Shown: positions 37,961 through 47,714 of the stretch, one piece after another
Layout: each line of letters begins with the position of its first letter
Numbering within the stretch: the first letter of the stretch is position 1
Origin: Anaerolineales bacterium
Lineage (GTDB): Bacteria > Chloroflexota > Anaerolineae > Anaerolineales > UBA6663
Reading direction: 5' to 3'
Assembly: GCA_035291605.1 (NCBI GenBank)
Contig: DATDRS010000326.1
Span: 14,406 to 78,405 of the forward strand
Length of the DNA stretch: 64,000 nt
Position numbers and translations under genes: made by a program
Notes under the pieces: model-generated
Seen by the model: only the letters and a program-made list of their open reading frames with translations
What the model was told of the DNA's origin: nothing
Database searches by the model: none

Positions 37961-39211
37961 CTAGCGACGATCAAACAACGAGCGCGGCTTCGCCGGCGCG
38001 GTTTTGGCCGGCGCCGCCGCCGCCTTCGGCGCGAATTCCTCTTTGATCCTCTGCGCCAACTCGATGACCCCCGGCGTCGGCGGCAGACTCCTGGCGTTCG
38101 GGGCGGTGACGAACGGCACGCCGTTGTTGATCGAAGTGTGGACGGTCCGTTCGTCACCCAATATCTGCGCCTTGACCGGGTGCTTGAGATTCTCCTCCAC
38201 GCTCGCCGCCGAAATTCCGCCGCTCTTAGCCATCCGATTCATGATCAGCAGAATCTTGTCCGGCGGGTATTCCAGCTTCTCCGCCAAGTCGAAGAACTTC
38301 TTGGCGTTCGCCAGGGACGGGATATCCGGCGTCGCAATTAACACAATCCGGTCCGAGGCGTCAAAAACCGCCAGTTCCGTGTCCCGCAGCGCCGAGGCCA
38401 TATCCACAATAACATAATTAAAGAAATCCGCCAATGTGTCAAGGACCTTCTTGAGTGTGGCCGCAGTGACCAGTTCCGAGTCCTCCGGGGTCGGCACGCC
38501 CAACAGCACTTTGACGCCTGTGGGATGGGCGACGAGCACGCTCTGGATGTATTCCTCATTGAGTTCGTCTTCGGCGGCCTGGGTCAGGTTGGCAATGTTA
38601 TGCTTGCCCTTCAGGTTGAAGAACACGCCGATATCGCCGAATTGGGTGTTCGCATCCACCACCACTACCTTGCTGTCGTCGCCTTGCAGCGCAATCGCCA
38701 TATTGGTGGCGACGGTGGTTTTCCCAGAGCCGCCTTTGGGGCTGAAGACTGAGATGATCTTGCCGTTGACGCCCCCCCTGCCCGCCGCGGCCGCCGCCTG
38801 CGCTGGCGGGGCGGCCATCATCTGCTCCCGCTGGCGGCTCATCTCCCCCAAGCGCCGGATCGTTTGAATCAACTCATCTACCGAAGGCGGCTTTGGCAGA
38901 AAGTCGCGCGCGCCGGCCAGCATGGCTCGCCTGAGATAATCCGTGTCGCTTTGCACCGAGACGATCACGATCTGCGCGCTCGGCACTTCCTTGACGATGA
39001 CGCCCGTAGCCTGAATGCCGTCCATGTCCGGCATATTAATGTCCATCAGGACGACGTGCGGCTTGGCCTCCTTGGCGAGCTGGATGCCTTCTTTGCCAGT
39101 GCGCGCCATCCCCACGACGTCAATGTCAGGCTCGAATTGCAGCAGTTTGCGGATGTTCTCGCGGGTTTCCGCGATGTCATCCACAATCAGGACACGGATT
39201 TTCTCAGACAT
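37961..39211 (-). CDS. cpaE: Response-regulator receiver fused to CpaE/TadZ-type ParA/MinD ATPase
   Basis: REC has intact acidic pocket and phospho-acceptor context (LIVDD, VLMDINMPDMDG, LPKP). Deviant Walker A is SPKGGSGKTTVATN. Confidence 0.85.
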   Translation of the reverse strand: MSEKIRVLIVDDIAETRENIRKLLQFEPDIDVVGMARTGKEGIQLAKEAKPHVVLMDINMPDMDGIQATGVIVKEVPSAQIVIVSVQSDTDYLRRAMLAGARDFLPKPPSVDELIQTIRRLGEMSRQREQMMAAPPAQAAAAAGRGGVNGKIISVFSPKGGSGKTTVATNMAIALQGDDSKVVVVDANTQFGDIGVFFNLKGKHNIANLTQAAEDELNEEYIQSVLVAHPTGVKVLLGVPTPEDSELVTAATLKKVLDTLADFFNYVIVDMASALRDTELAVFDASDRIVLIATPDIPSLANAKKFFDLAEKLEYPPDKILLIMNRMAKSGGISAASVEENLKHPVKAQILGDERTVHTSINNGVPFVTAPNARSLPPTPGVIELAQRIKEEFAPKAAAAPAKTAPAKPRSLFDRR

Positions 39212-39234
39212 AGAAATCCTTCGATCCGATCACC

Positions 39235-40380
39235 TCAGGGTACTGGGGTCGGCGTGGGGGCTGCCAGAGAATTATCCAACCCGTAGTTGAGCTTCGACGG
39301 CACGGCAATATTGAAACGTTCGAACATGTATTGCATCGTCACGCTCTCGGTATCCTGGCGCGAGATGTCGCCAGCCGAGCGGAGCGTAAAAGTAATTTGG
39401 ACAGCGCCCGGGTACTGCACCATCAGTTCCTTCACGTAGTTCAGCACCAAAGTATCCTGCGGGGATACGATTAAGGTGATGGTGTCGGGCGGCGCAGGTG
39501 TATCGGTGGGCAGTGGCGCAGGCGGTTGGGTCACGTTCGGGTCGGGCGTGGGCGTGGGCGGCGGCAGGGTCGGGAAGAGCGCCTCCACGAAGTCGCCGAT
39601 ATGCAGCACCGTCGCGTCCTGAATGATCCCCTGCGTCACCAGGCGCCCCCGCTGGTTTTCAGAGGGGATGACATAGAAATCCTGTCCTACCGTGGCGTCC
39701 CGCTCACCCCGGCCAAACGGCTGCGGTTTCGGTTCAGCGCCGCCCCCCTCCGTGGGCGGGACCACCAGAGCCACCAACCCCGCGGGGATGCCGGTCGCCG
39801 GGTCACCCGGGCTGGGCGGCCGGACGTTCATCGTCAAGTTAGGCAGGACGGTCTGGAAGTTCTGGTCAATATCCACCAGCCACATGGAGACAATGACGTT
39901 GACGTGATCTCCGTCCTTAATGCCCAGGGCCACACCGTTTCTCTTGTCATATTGGAGCGTAATCGCCTGCTGCCCATCCGGGATCTGCGCCGCTGCGTCT
40001 GAGCCGCTAGGTGAAAGCTGATCCAGGCTCTGCACCACCATACTGGAAAGGATCGGCATCCCGCGGTCAATATCAAATTTAGCTCGTGTGTTCACAATCT
40101 GGAGCGCGTCCGTGACCGCATTCAGAGGCACAATCGCCGTCGGCCAGGGATACATCGAGATGGCCTCGGTCGGGATGACGACCCCGCGAGGCAAATCCTG
40201 AGCCGCGACCAGGACCGGCAGGAGCGGCTCCGGTGTCGCCGTCACCTCCACAGGAGTCGGCTCAACGCCAGGCCCAACCGCACTCCCGGGACCTAAAAGA
40301 AAAAACCAAGCCGCGCCTCCCCCTACGGCGATGAGGATTAACAGTAGAGCTATGACGATAAGCATGCGGCTGCGAGCCAT
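39235..40380 (-). CDS. cpaB: Flp pilus assembly protein CpaB/RcpC-like (SAF domain) with Pro/Thr-rich insertions
   Basis: N-terminal TM, SAF-like VLVAAQDLPRGVVIP, first gene of the operon, AGGAGGA SD. Confidence 0.7.
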   Translation of the reverse strand: MARSRMLIVIALLLILIAVGGGAAWFFLLGPGSAVGPGVEPTPVEVTATPEPLLPVLVAAQDLPRGVVIPTEAISMYPWPTAIVPLNAVTDALQIVNTRAKFDIDRGMPILSSMVVQSLDQLSPSGSDAAAQIPDGQQAITLQYDKRNGVALGIKDGDHVNVIVSMWLVDIDQNFQTVLPNLTMNVRPPSPGDPATGIPAGLVALVVPPTEGGGAEPKPQPFGRGERDATVGQDFYVIPSENQRGRLVTQGIIQDATVLHIGDFVEALFPTLPPPTPTPDPNVTQPPAPLPTDTPAPPDTITLIVSPQDTLVLNYVKELMVQYPGAVQITFTLRSAGDISRQDTESVTMQYMFERFNIAVPSKLNYGLDNSLAAPTPTPVP

Positions 40381-40423
40381 GAAATCCTCCTGAGCAATGG
40401 GCGCCTGGAATCAGAACGGGCGT

Positions 40424-40451
40424 ATGATACTTCCATCGAAGGAAAAGTCAA
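40424..40451 (-). promoter_or_regulatory. sigma70-like promoter TTGACT-16-TATCAT for the cpaB-tadC operon
   Basis: Minus strand reads TTGACT (40451-40446), 16-nt spacer, TATCAT (40429-40424). The predicted leader is about 35 nt and contains AGGAGGA. Confidence 0.6.
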
Positions 40452-40564
40452 GCAAAGCCCACACTTTTCCTCTTCCTCAATCAACACGGAAGTCCGCAGC
40501 AAACTCAGCCCGATCTACTCGAGTTTACAGAACAGGATCAACAGGTCAGGCGCTGGCTCTGTAA

Positions 40565-41620
40565 CTACGCTCCCTCAGGTGGAATGGCCGGGACATCCAT
40601 AACCACCTGAGTTCCGTGCCCGACTTGGCTGTCAATCTGAAGCTCGCCGCCGAGGAGTTCGATCCGCTCCTTGAGCGTGGGCAGGCCGATCGTCTTTTGT
40701 TTGCCTCCGAAGGCCGCCTCGACATCGAAGCCTTTGCCATTGTCTTCCACCGCCACGCGCACACGCGTATCATCCGTATCCATGGTGATCCGCACTTGCG
40801 AGGCCTGCGCATGGTTGCGAATGTTCCCTAGCAGTTCCTGAATGGCGCGGAAAATCATAATTTCGCGCACCGCCTCAAGGCGGCGCTCCGCGCCCGTGAC
40901 CGTCAGCGTCATCTGGATCCCGCTCTTCTCCTTGAAAGTCTCCACGTACCGCTTGATCGTCGGCACCAGGCCGAGGTCATCCAGCATCATCGGGCGCAGA
41001 TCAAAAATAAAGTCGCGCACCTTCTGAAGGGTTGATGAGGCCGCCATCTTGAGGCTTCCCAGCTCGGCTTTGGCGCGCTCCGGGTCCACCTCAAATAGCC
41101 GCATGGCGATATCCGACTGGAGGATAAAATTGGACAAGGCCTGCGCCGGGCCATCGTGAATCTGGCGTGAGAGACGCTGGCGCTCAGCCTCCTGCGCCTC
41201 GACCACGCGCACGATGGTCGGCTTGCCATCGGCCGCCCCGCCGCCGGACAGGACAGCCGCGCCGCTGGTCTGCAAGGCCTCGAGCGTCCGCGTCAGGTAC
41301 TCGGCCAGGCGCTCCAGGTTAGCCTGATCGCTTTGCAGTTTTTCCAACTGGCCGCGCATGGTGAACAGGCGTTGCTGTGAGTCCAGCGTATTGTCATAGG
41401 CCGTCTTGAGGTCTGCCTTGGAGATCGCGTCCAGATTGGCCTGCACCTGCCGCAGTTGCGCGGTGAGCGTGGCGTTCCGCTGCGCCAGCTTGTTCACTTC
41501 CGTCTGGCTCTGCGTCACCATCATATTCAACTCACGCAAATCGCGCTGCGTCTGCTCCAATTCGGCCTGGATTTGCTCAATCAGTTCCTGAATGGGTGAA
41601 GGGCCTGCCCGAGGCGGCAT
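40565..41620 (-). CDS. Cytoplasmic sensor histidine kinase, HisKA_3 (NarX/DegS-like) with N-terminal coiled coil
   Basis: No TM segment, long heptad-rich N-terminus. H-box RQIHDGPAQAL, HATPase motifs DNGKGFD and GLPTLKERIELLGG. Confidence 0.85.
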   Translation of the reverse strand: MPPRAGPSPIQELIEQIQAELEQTQRDLRELNMMVTQSQTEVNKLAQRNATLTAQLRQVQANLDAISKADLKTAYDNTLDSQQRLFTMRGQLEKLQSDQANLERLAEYLTRTLEALQTSGAAVLSGGGAADGKPTIVRVVEAQEAERQRLSRQIHDGPAQALSNFILQSDIAMRLFEVDPERAKAELGSLKMAASSTLQKVRDFIFDLRPMMLDDLGLVPTIKRYVETFKEKSGIQMTLTVTGAERRLEAVREIMIFRAIQELLGNIRNHAQASQVRITMDTDDTRVRVAVEDNGKGFDVEAAFGGKQKTIGLPTLKERIELLGGELQIDSQVGHGTQVVMDVPAIPPEGA

Positions 41621-41632
41621 ACGGACTGCTCC

Positions 41633-42349
41633 TTATGGTTTCAGTTTCGGTTCCTTCGAACTCTGGGAATCTTGAAGCCGCACCCAGCCGTGCCGCAATG
41701 CGTACACCGCGGCCTGCGTCCGGTCTTCGACGTCGAGTTTCTGCAAGATGGCCGTCATATGATTCTTAACGGTCTGATGACTGATGCCCAGCGAATAGGC
41801 GATTTCCTTGTTGCTCAAGCCGCGCGTGACATATTCGAGGATCTCCATTTCGCGAGGCGAGAGCGGCGAAAAGGCTTCGCGTTCCTCGTCGACATAGGGG
41901 CGTCCGGCCTTCTCCACGCCTTTCTCCAGCCACACCTGCAGGCCCTCGTGATCAAAGACCTGATCGCCGATGATATAGTGCCCCTGGACCACCTGCCGGA
42001 GCACCTGAATTAATTTATGCGGGGTCACGTCTTTGGGGCAATAGGCCGAAGCTCCCGCTCGGAAAGCGTGCAGGACCTGTTCGACGTCGTCATAGGCCGT
42101 TAGTACGATCACGGCCGCCGTCGAGCGCTCGGAGCGCAATTGGCGCGTAACCTGCAAGCCATTCAGGCCGGGCAGATTGATGTCCAGGAGGATGGCGTCC
42201 GGCTTGTGTTGGCGGGATAACTCGAGCGCCTCTTGCCCGTTAGAGCCTTCGCCCACCAGGTCGACATCAGACTCGCTGCGCAGGACATCTCGCAGCCCTT
42301 GCCGGAAGAGGGGATGATCATCAATGACGAGGACGCGAATCTTTTCCAT
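41633..42349 (-). CDS. NarL/LuxR-family response regulator (DegU-like)
   Basis: REC (VLVIDDHPLFRQG, ILLDINLPG) plus LuxR HTH (LSNKEIAYSLGISHQTVKNH). Confidence 0.9.
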   Translation of the reverse strand: MEKIRVLVIDDHPLFRQGLRDVLRSESDVDLVGEGSNGQEALELSRQHKPDAILLDINLPGLNGLQVTRQLRSERSTAAVIVLTAYDDVEQVLHAFRAGASAYCPKDVTPHKLIQVLRQVVQGHYIIGDQVFDHEGLQVWLEKGVEKAGRPYVDEEREAFSPLSPREMEILEYVTRGLSNKEIAYSLGISHQTVKNHMTAILQKLDVEDRTQAAVYALRHGWVRLQDSQSSKEPKLKP

Positions 42350-42400
42350 ATGGCCTTGTTGGAGAGCCAGGCGAACCCTAATCAGGCTTCATCCTCAGGG

Positions 42401-42429
42401 AGTATAGCAGAAGGACAAACCCAACGCAA
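42401..42429 (-). promoter_or_regulatory. sigma70-like promoter TTGCGT-17-TATACT for the response regulator/kinase pair
   Basis: Minus strand reads TTGCGT (42429-42424), 17-nt spacer, TATACT (42406-42401). Confidence 0.5.
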
Positions 42430-42450
42430 ACACAGCCACCCCCTCCCGGC

Positions 42451-43926
42451 CTAGGGACGGGCTATCGGCCAACGATAAACCGCCATGTTCTCTCCCCCAG
42501 CCTGGGGACTGTAGGGCGCGTGGGTGCTGTAGATTGGCGGACCGAGTGGGCGCACCAGACCGGGATACCAATCAGGGAACGTCACGAGATACTCCGCGCC
42601 GGAAGCCGTCAGCCAGTCCCGCAGCCGGTCCTCATCCCGGATAAAGGGGACGACCTCCGGCGAGGCCAGTCCGGCCATATCCAGCAACCGCCGCTCGCCA
42701 AAATAACCCAGCGCCCCGATGTCGTGCGCCGCGACGAGCGCGTCTGCCGGCGTGTTCTGGTTGATCCAACGCGCCGTAGCAACCATTTCCGTCTCGATGA
42801 TCCGCACGTCGCGCATATAGGCCAGCGCCCCGTTGAGCCAGAAGGCGATGACCAGCACCCCTGTGGCGGCCAGCCAGACACGGCTGAGGATGCGCAGCCA
42901 GGGTTTGGGCGTGTGGAGATTCAGCCACTGTGCCGTCCCCCCGGCGCCCGCCGCCACGAGCGCCGGGATCACCGGCATGAGATAGCGGCCATGCTGATAG
43001 GTGACGGGGAGCCGGACGATGTAAGCGGCGATGAAGGTGATGGCCCAGCCGATCGGGAGGAACGCTTCCCATTGTCGCGCCTGGCTCGACCGCCAGGCTG
43101 CCCAAACGATCCCTGGCCCAAGGAGGGCCTGCGCGCCCACAAATGGCAGCTGGCCCAACTGAATCATCCGCGTCGATAGCGGCGCTTGACGCTGAAGGGC
43201 GTACTCGGCGGCTTTCGCGTAATAAGTGTTCGGCCAGACTGATCCGGCCAGCCATTGATTGAAGGCGAGGTAAGGAAGGACAACAACGCCGAAGCCGAGC
43301 AAGCCTGCGAGCAGGTTGCGCCGGTCGCGCGGGCGGGAAAAAAATATGCGGGCCAACGCAAACGGCAGCAAGGTGAGTCCATCCGGACGGGCAAGCAGGC
43401 TCGCCCCTACACACAATCCAATCCATACGGCCCGTTCCGGCGCAATCACAAAGACGGAGAGCGCGAGCGCGGAGAACAGCAGCGTCTCCATGCCCGAGGC
43501 GGCAGCCCACGCCAGATGCCATTCGAGCGCGACGAACACGCCCGCCAGCAGCGCGGCGAGAGGGTGTCCCGGCCAGAGGGTGAGGGTGAGGCGATAGGCG
43601 AGCCAGGCATTAAAGCCGAGGAGTACCGCGCCCAAGGTGTACGTCCAGAGGTGATAATCAATGTGGAGCAGGTAGCCAAGCGTCAATAATGTCGTCCACA
43701 GCGGCGAGGTGGAGCCGGCCGAGGGCTGGCCGGGGATGAACGCCAGTTGGTGAAGCCTGGCCAGGTTGCGCGCGTAGGTCTGGTGAATCCAGGCGTCGTC
43801 GAGCGGGAAGCCGATGAAGCCGCTGGCGTAACTCAGGCCGAGGTAGAGCAAGACGGAGAGGGGAGGCAGGAGGAAGAAGAGGGCACGGCGTGAAGCCAGA
43901 GGCAGAGGGCGTGAGGCGGAGTTCAT
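42451..43926 (-). CDS. GT-C-type polytopic membrane protein, paralog family A (DDAWI / YARNL / TSPLW / GMET / RPDG motifs)
   Basis: More than 10 TM helices, acidic DD motif right after TM1, C-terminal soluble domain. The ATG overlaps the upstream stop (ATGA). Confidence 0.65.
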   Translation of the reverse strand: MNSASRPLPLASRRALFFLLPPLSVLLYLGLSYASGFIGFPLDDAWIHQTYARNLARLHQLAFIPGQPSAGSTSPLWTTLLTLGYLLHIDYHLWTYTLGAVLLGFNAWLAYRLTLTLWPGHPLAALLAGVFVALEWHLAWAAASGMETLLFSALALSVFVIAPERAVWIGLCVGASLLARPDGLTLLPFALARIFFSRPRDRRNLLAGLLGFGVVVLPYLAFNQWLAGSVWPNTYYAKAAEYALQRQAPLSTRMIQLGQLPFVGAQALLGPGIVWAAWRSSQARQWEAFLPIGWAITFIAAYIVRLPVTYQHGRYLMPVIPALVAAGAGGTAQWLNLHTPKPWLRILSRVWLAATGVLVIAFWLNGALAYMRDVRIIETEMVATARWINQNTPADALVAAHDIGALGYFGERRLLDMAGLASPEVVPFIRDEDRLRDWLTASGAEYLVTFPDWYPGLVRPLGPPIYSTHAPYSPQAGGENMAVYRWPIARP

Positions 43927-45665
43927 GGAACGGGTCCGAGTTCAAAGAGATAGACAGGCTCGTTGGCGTCGTCGGCGAAGACAGCGCGGAGGGTGAGGCG
44001 CGGCTCGCTGGCGGGCAAGTGATATAACGACGCCAGCCCGGCCGGGTGGTTGACGTCGAGCACGACCCAGCGCGCGCCGAAGTCAGTCATGGCGCGCAAC
44101 AACACTTCAGGGCCGCCGTTGGGGACGATGATGCTCGGATGGCCGGTGAAGTAATAGAAGCCGGGCGGGTTGTTCACCGCCACGACGGATTGCCTGTCTC
44201 CGGCTTTCGCCAGCCAATCCCCAACCTCGGCATAGGCCTGATCAACTTGGGCCGACCGGGGATTGCGCCAGTCGGGGCCGACAAGCCGCGCCTGGAAAAC
44301 GAATGTGGTCAGCGCCATCGCGAACAGGAGGAGCAGGGCCGCAAAGATGGGTTGCGATCTCTCCGGCTGCCAGGCTGGAAAAAGGCGGCTGAGGCCGGGT
44401 GAAACCCGCGCAGCCAGCATCCTGACCGCGCGCTGCTGAAAGCGCGCGCCCGCCTCGACGGACGCATCCAACCCGACGACGGCGGCCGGGAAAAAGAAGG
44501 GCAGCAGCGCCGCGCCAGAGTGAAATAACCCGCCGCGCGGACCGGGGAAAGTGAAGACGAAAGTCATCAGCCCAAAGAGGAGGAGAAAATAGATGAGTGC
44601 GGGCGCGTAAAGCGGTGCGCGGCGCAACCGCCAGAGGCCGATCACGATGAACGGGGAAGCGACGACGAGGCCTTGTTCGCCGATCAACCGGCTCAGGTTG
44701 GTCTTCAGCGCCCACCCTTTGCCGGCCAGGATGCTCCCCCACCCCGTTGCCAGGTAGCGCGACAACGTCAGGCTATCCGCCGGGTAGTTGAAAAGATCGT
44801 TGTACTCGGTGAGCCAGAGGGCGCGGCTTCCACCCGGCGCGAGAGGCGCGCCCACGACGATGAGATTGCGGATAAGCCAGGGGAGCATGATGAGGAGGTA
44901 GCCGAATGTGAGGGAGAGGTAATTGGTAATGGGTAGATTGGTGAGGCGTGAGGCGGGGGCTGTGAGGGGGGGAGCATCGTGGAGGCTGGCGTGCTTGAGA
45001 GCCCACAGGGCGACGAGAAACACGAACAACCCATCCGCGCGGGTGAGATGGGCAAAGCCGGCGCATAACCCGGCGGCGAAACACCCACGGGAAGACCGGT
45101 GCTGGGCAGCGAGGGCGCTGACGAGCAGCGCGCCGCCCGCGGTCAGGCCATAGAGGGCAAAGGAGTCAGTGTTTGACCAGAACGACACGTAATAGCCGCT
45201 GAACACGGTCAGCATGGCGGCGGCGAGGGCGTGACGGCGGAGGCCAGTCGTGAGAACGGCGATGGCGTAACTGAGCAAAGGCAGGAGGGAGGCGGACACA
45301 ATCAGGGGAATTTGGGCGGCGCGGAAAAGCGCAGCGTTGGCCGAGTCGGCTCCGGCGAGGGCGATAAACGGCGCGACGACAAGGGAGGTGAGCGGCATCC
45401 AGTAGAGGTGGCTAGGCCCCCCGCGCCAAACTTCTCCCAGGGCAGGAGCAAGCTGGCTCAGATAATTCCATACATACGGCTCGGTAAAGCCCTGGCCGCG
45501 CGCCAACTGGAGCGCGCCCCCAAAATAGTAGTAGGCATCCATATAACCGGGCCTGGTGATGAAGCGCGCCGCGAGGGCATTGACGGCGAGGGCGCAGAGG
45601 AAGACGGCGATGAGATCCTGGCGGATGACGTGTGGGGGCGTGTGGGGGTGCGAATGGGTTGACAT
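43923..45665 (-). CDS. GT-C-type membrane glycosyltransferase-like protein (PMT_2/ArnT-like)
   Basis: Polytopic, YMDAYYY motif in the first loop, about 130-aa C-terminal extracytoplasmic domain. Confidence 0.65.
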   Translation of the reverse strand: MSTHSHPHTPPHVIRQDLIAVFLCALAVNALAARFITRPGYMDAYYYFGGALQLARGQGFTEPYVWNYLSQLAPALGEVWRGGPSHLYWMPLTSLVVAPFIALAGADSANAALFRAAQIPLIVSASLLPLLSYAIAVLTTGLRRHALAAAMLTVFSGYYVSFWSNTDSFALYGLTAGGALLVSALAAQHRSSRGCFAAGLCAGFAHLTRADGLFVFLVALWALKHASLHDAPPLTAPASRLTNLPITNYLSLTFGYLLIMLPWLIRNLIVVGAPLAPGGSRALWLTEYNDLFNYPADSLTLSRYLATGWGSILAGKGWALKTNLSRLIGEQGLVVASPFIVIGLWRLRRAPLYAPALIYFLLLFGLMTFVFTFPGPRGGLFHSGAALLPFFFPAAVVGLDASVEAGARFQQRAVRMLAARVSPGLSRLFPAWQPERSQPIFAALLLLFAMALTTFVFQARLVGPDWRNPRSAQVDQAYAEVGDWLAKAGDRQSVVAVNNPPGFYYFTGHPSIIVPNGGPEVLLRAMTDFGARWVVLDVNHPAGLASLYHLPASEPRLTLRAVFADDANEPVYLFELGPVP

Positions 45666-45674
45666 GAAACGGAG

Positions 45675-47714
45675 TTACGGCAAAGCGTAGAGAGAATATG
45701 CGCCGCCGATATTTTCGAGCAGAGGCAATTGAGAGCGAAGCCGGTCGAGTTCGGCCCAATCGGAATCCTCAAAAGGACTATCCGGCTGGGAGCGCACGAA
45801 TTGCAGACCGAGGTCATAAATCAGAACGTGGGTAATGCCTTCTGATTTCCAACGGGTCATCGCCGCCTCCGCCGTCCCCACCGTCCGGCGCAGGCGCCAC
45901 CAGCGGTCAATAATGAGGTCGGGGACGCAACGGCTGGGCGAGGCGCATTCCAGGGAGCGCGGCTCCCACAGGAATACGACGCGCGATCCGGCGGGCAGCG
46001 TGTTGACGTGGTCAATCCCGGCGGTGTACCAACCCAGGTTGGCGGCGCGGTATTCGGAGGCAGTCTGCCGCCCAGCCAGATAAGCCAGCGGGTTATGCGC
46101 GGCGAAGGCCATCACGTATTCCAGGGTGCTCAAGCCAAACGCGAAAATGATGATCCCCTGAACGATGGTGGACAGTCGCAAGCCGGGCGAATCAAACTGC
46201 GCGGCCGCCAGCTCCCCGCCGAGGCACAACAGGCTCAGCGCCGGGAAGAGACTGAAAAACAGCCGGGCCTGCACGGCATAGTACGAGACAAAGGTCAAGA
46301 TAACCCAGAGTGCATAACTCGCCAGGACGAAGATGACCAGCGGAGATAACTCGCGCCGGACCGGGGCGTCGAGCCTGCGCCAGCCCAACGCCAGCGCCAG
46401 CGGCAGGAACACCAGCCACGGGCTGAGGGTGGCGTCGTAATTGTTCGCGCCTTGGACGCCAAGAAAGATCACCCGAAAGAAAATCAACGCCGCCCAGACT
46501 GGATTGCGCTCGGTGAGGTCGGGGCGGTTATAAAACCACAAGCGCAGTTTGTCCACGGCCGGGGTCGGGATGAGCAAAGGATAAGTGGGACTGCCAGTAA
46601 AGAACCAGTTTTTGAGGAGCCAGGGGGTGAAGAAGAGAAACGAGATAAAGAGGAAAGAAAGAGAGAGAGTGACAAGGTGACGGGTTGAAAGGGTGATGGG
46701 ATGAGGGGGCGTAGGGGGATGGGAACGGGAACGGAAGTGGTCAAGCACAATCACGGCTACGGCGGCGAAGGGGAGGATGACGCCCGTATATTTGCACCCC
46801 ATCGCCAACCCGGCGAGGACTCCGCTCAGCAGGAGCCAACGCCTTTCGTGCGTGAAGCCCCACCGCCGGAGTGTGACGAGCATGGCGAGCGCGAGGAGCA
46901 TCAACAGCAAATCGGCGTACGCCCAGGAGTGCGAAATGGCGATAGTAGACGACGAAAGCAGGAGGGCCGGCGCCAGAGAGGCGAGGCGCGGGCCAAAGGC
47001 TTCAGAGGCGTACGCCGCAAGGCCGAGGGTCAATACCACGCCAAACACCCAGCCCAGCGTCTGCGCGGCGATCTCGCCGCGGAGCAGGAATGCGGCGGTA
47101 TACAACATCTCGGTGAGCTGGGGCATGCCGGAGAAGAAGAAATCGGCCTCGAGCCTGATCCCCCGCGTCTGCGCGTACAATTGGGGGAGTGTAAGGTGAT
47201 ACACGAGCGCATCCCACTTGAACGGCGGCGCGAGGGCTTGCAGCCATCCGAGAGCCAGCGTGCACAGCACAAATAGAACGGCGAGCCGGGCAAAACGGTC
47301 AGGGTAGCCAAATACCGCGAAGGCGCGGGACAGATCGGCGAGCCAACGACGAATGCTGCGCCACAGGCTGACGAACAGAAGCAGAACCAAAGCCCAGATC
47401 AACGGCGGGTGGTAAAGGTTGGCGACGCCGAGGGCCAGCATCGCCAATCCCATCATGCCCCACCCCAGCGCAGCGTGGACGGCGACCCGTTCACCCGAGG
47501 CGGCGATAGGCCAGCCGCGCAGGAGACGCTGCCCAAGACCGCCGCCAAGGGCGGTGAGCAAGAACGCCACGCCCGTGTCAACGAATGTCCCCGCCAACAC
47601 GGCGGCCTGCGCCAGTGTGACGGGCCGATGGACAAAATAATAGCCGCTCAGGGTGATGCCGAGCGCAAGGACCAACGCGAGGGAAAACCAGAGGCGGCGG
47701 CCGTCGTTGGTCAT
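45675..47714 (-). CDS. GT-C-type membrane glycosyltransferase-like protein
   Basis: 679 aa, at least 14 hydrophobic segments, PFKWDALVYHL loop motif, C-terminal soluble domain. Contains a polypurine/polypyrimidine tract. Confidence 0.6.
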   Translation of the reverse strand: MTNDGRRLWFSLALVLALGITLSGYYFVHRPVTLAQAAVLAGTFVDTGVAFLLTALGGGLGQRLLRGWPIAASGERVAVHAALGWGMMGLAMLALGVANLYHPPLIWALVLLLFVSLWRSIRRWLADLSRAFAVFGYPDRFARLAVLFVLCTLALGWLQALAPPFKWDALVYHLTLPQLYAQTRGIRLEADFFFSGMPQLTEMLYTAAFLLRGEIAAQTLGWVFGVVLTLGLAAYASEAFGPRLASLAPALLLSSSTIAISHSWAYADLLLMLLALAMLVTLRRWGFTHERRWLLLSGVLAGLAMGCKYTGVILPFAAVAVIVLDHFRSRSHPPTPPHPITLSTRHLVTLSLSFLFISFLFFTPWLLKNWFFTGSPTYPLLIPTPAVDKLRLWFYNRPDLTERNPVWAALIFFRVIFLGVQGANNYDATLSPWLVFLPLALALGWRRLDAPVRRELSPLVIFVLASYALWVILTFVSYYAVQARLFFSLFPALSLLCLGGELAAAQFDSPGLRLSTIVQGIIIFAFGLSTLEYVMAFAAHNPLAYLAGRQTASEYRAANLGWYTAGIDHVNTLPAGSRVVFLWEPRSLECASPSRCVPDLIIDRWWRLRRTVGTAEAAMTRWKSEGITHVLIYDLGLQFVRSQPDSPFEDSDWAELDRLRSQLPLLENIGGAYSLYALP

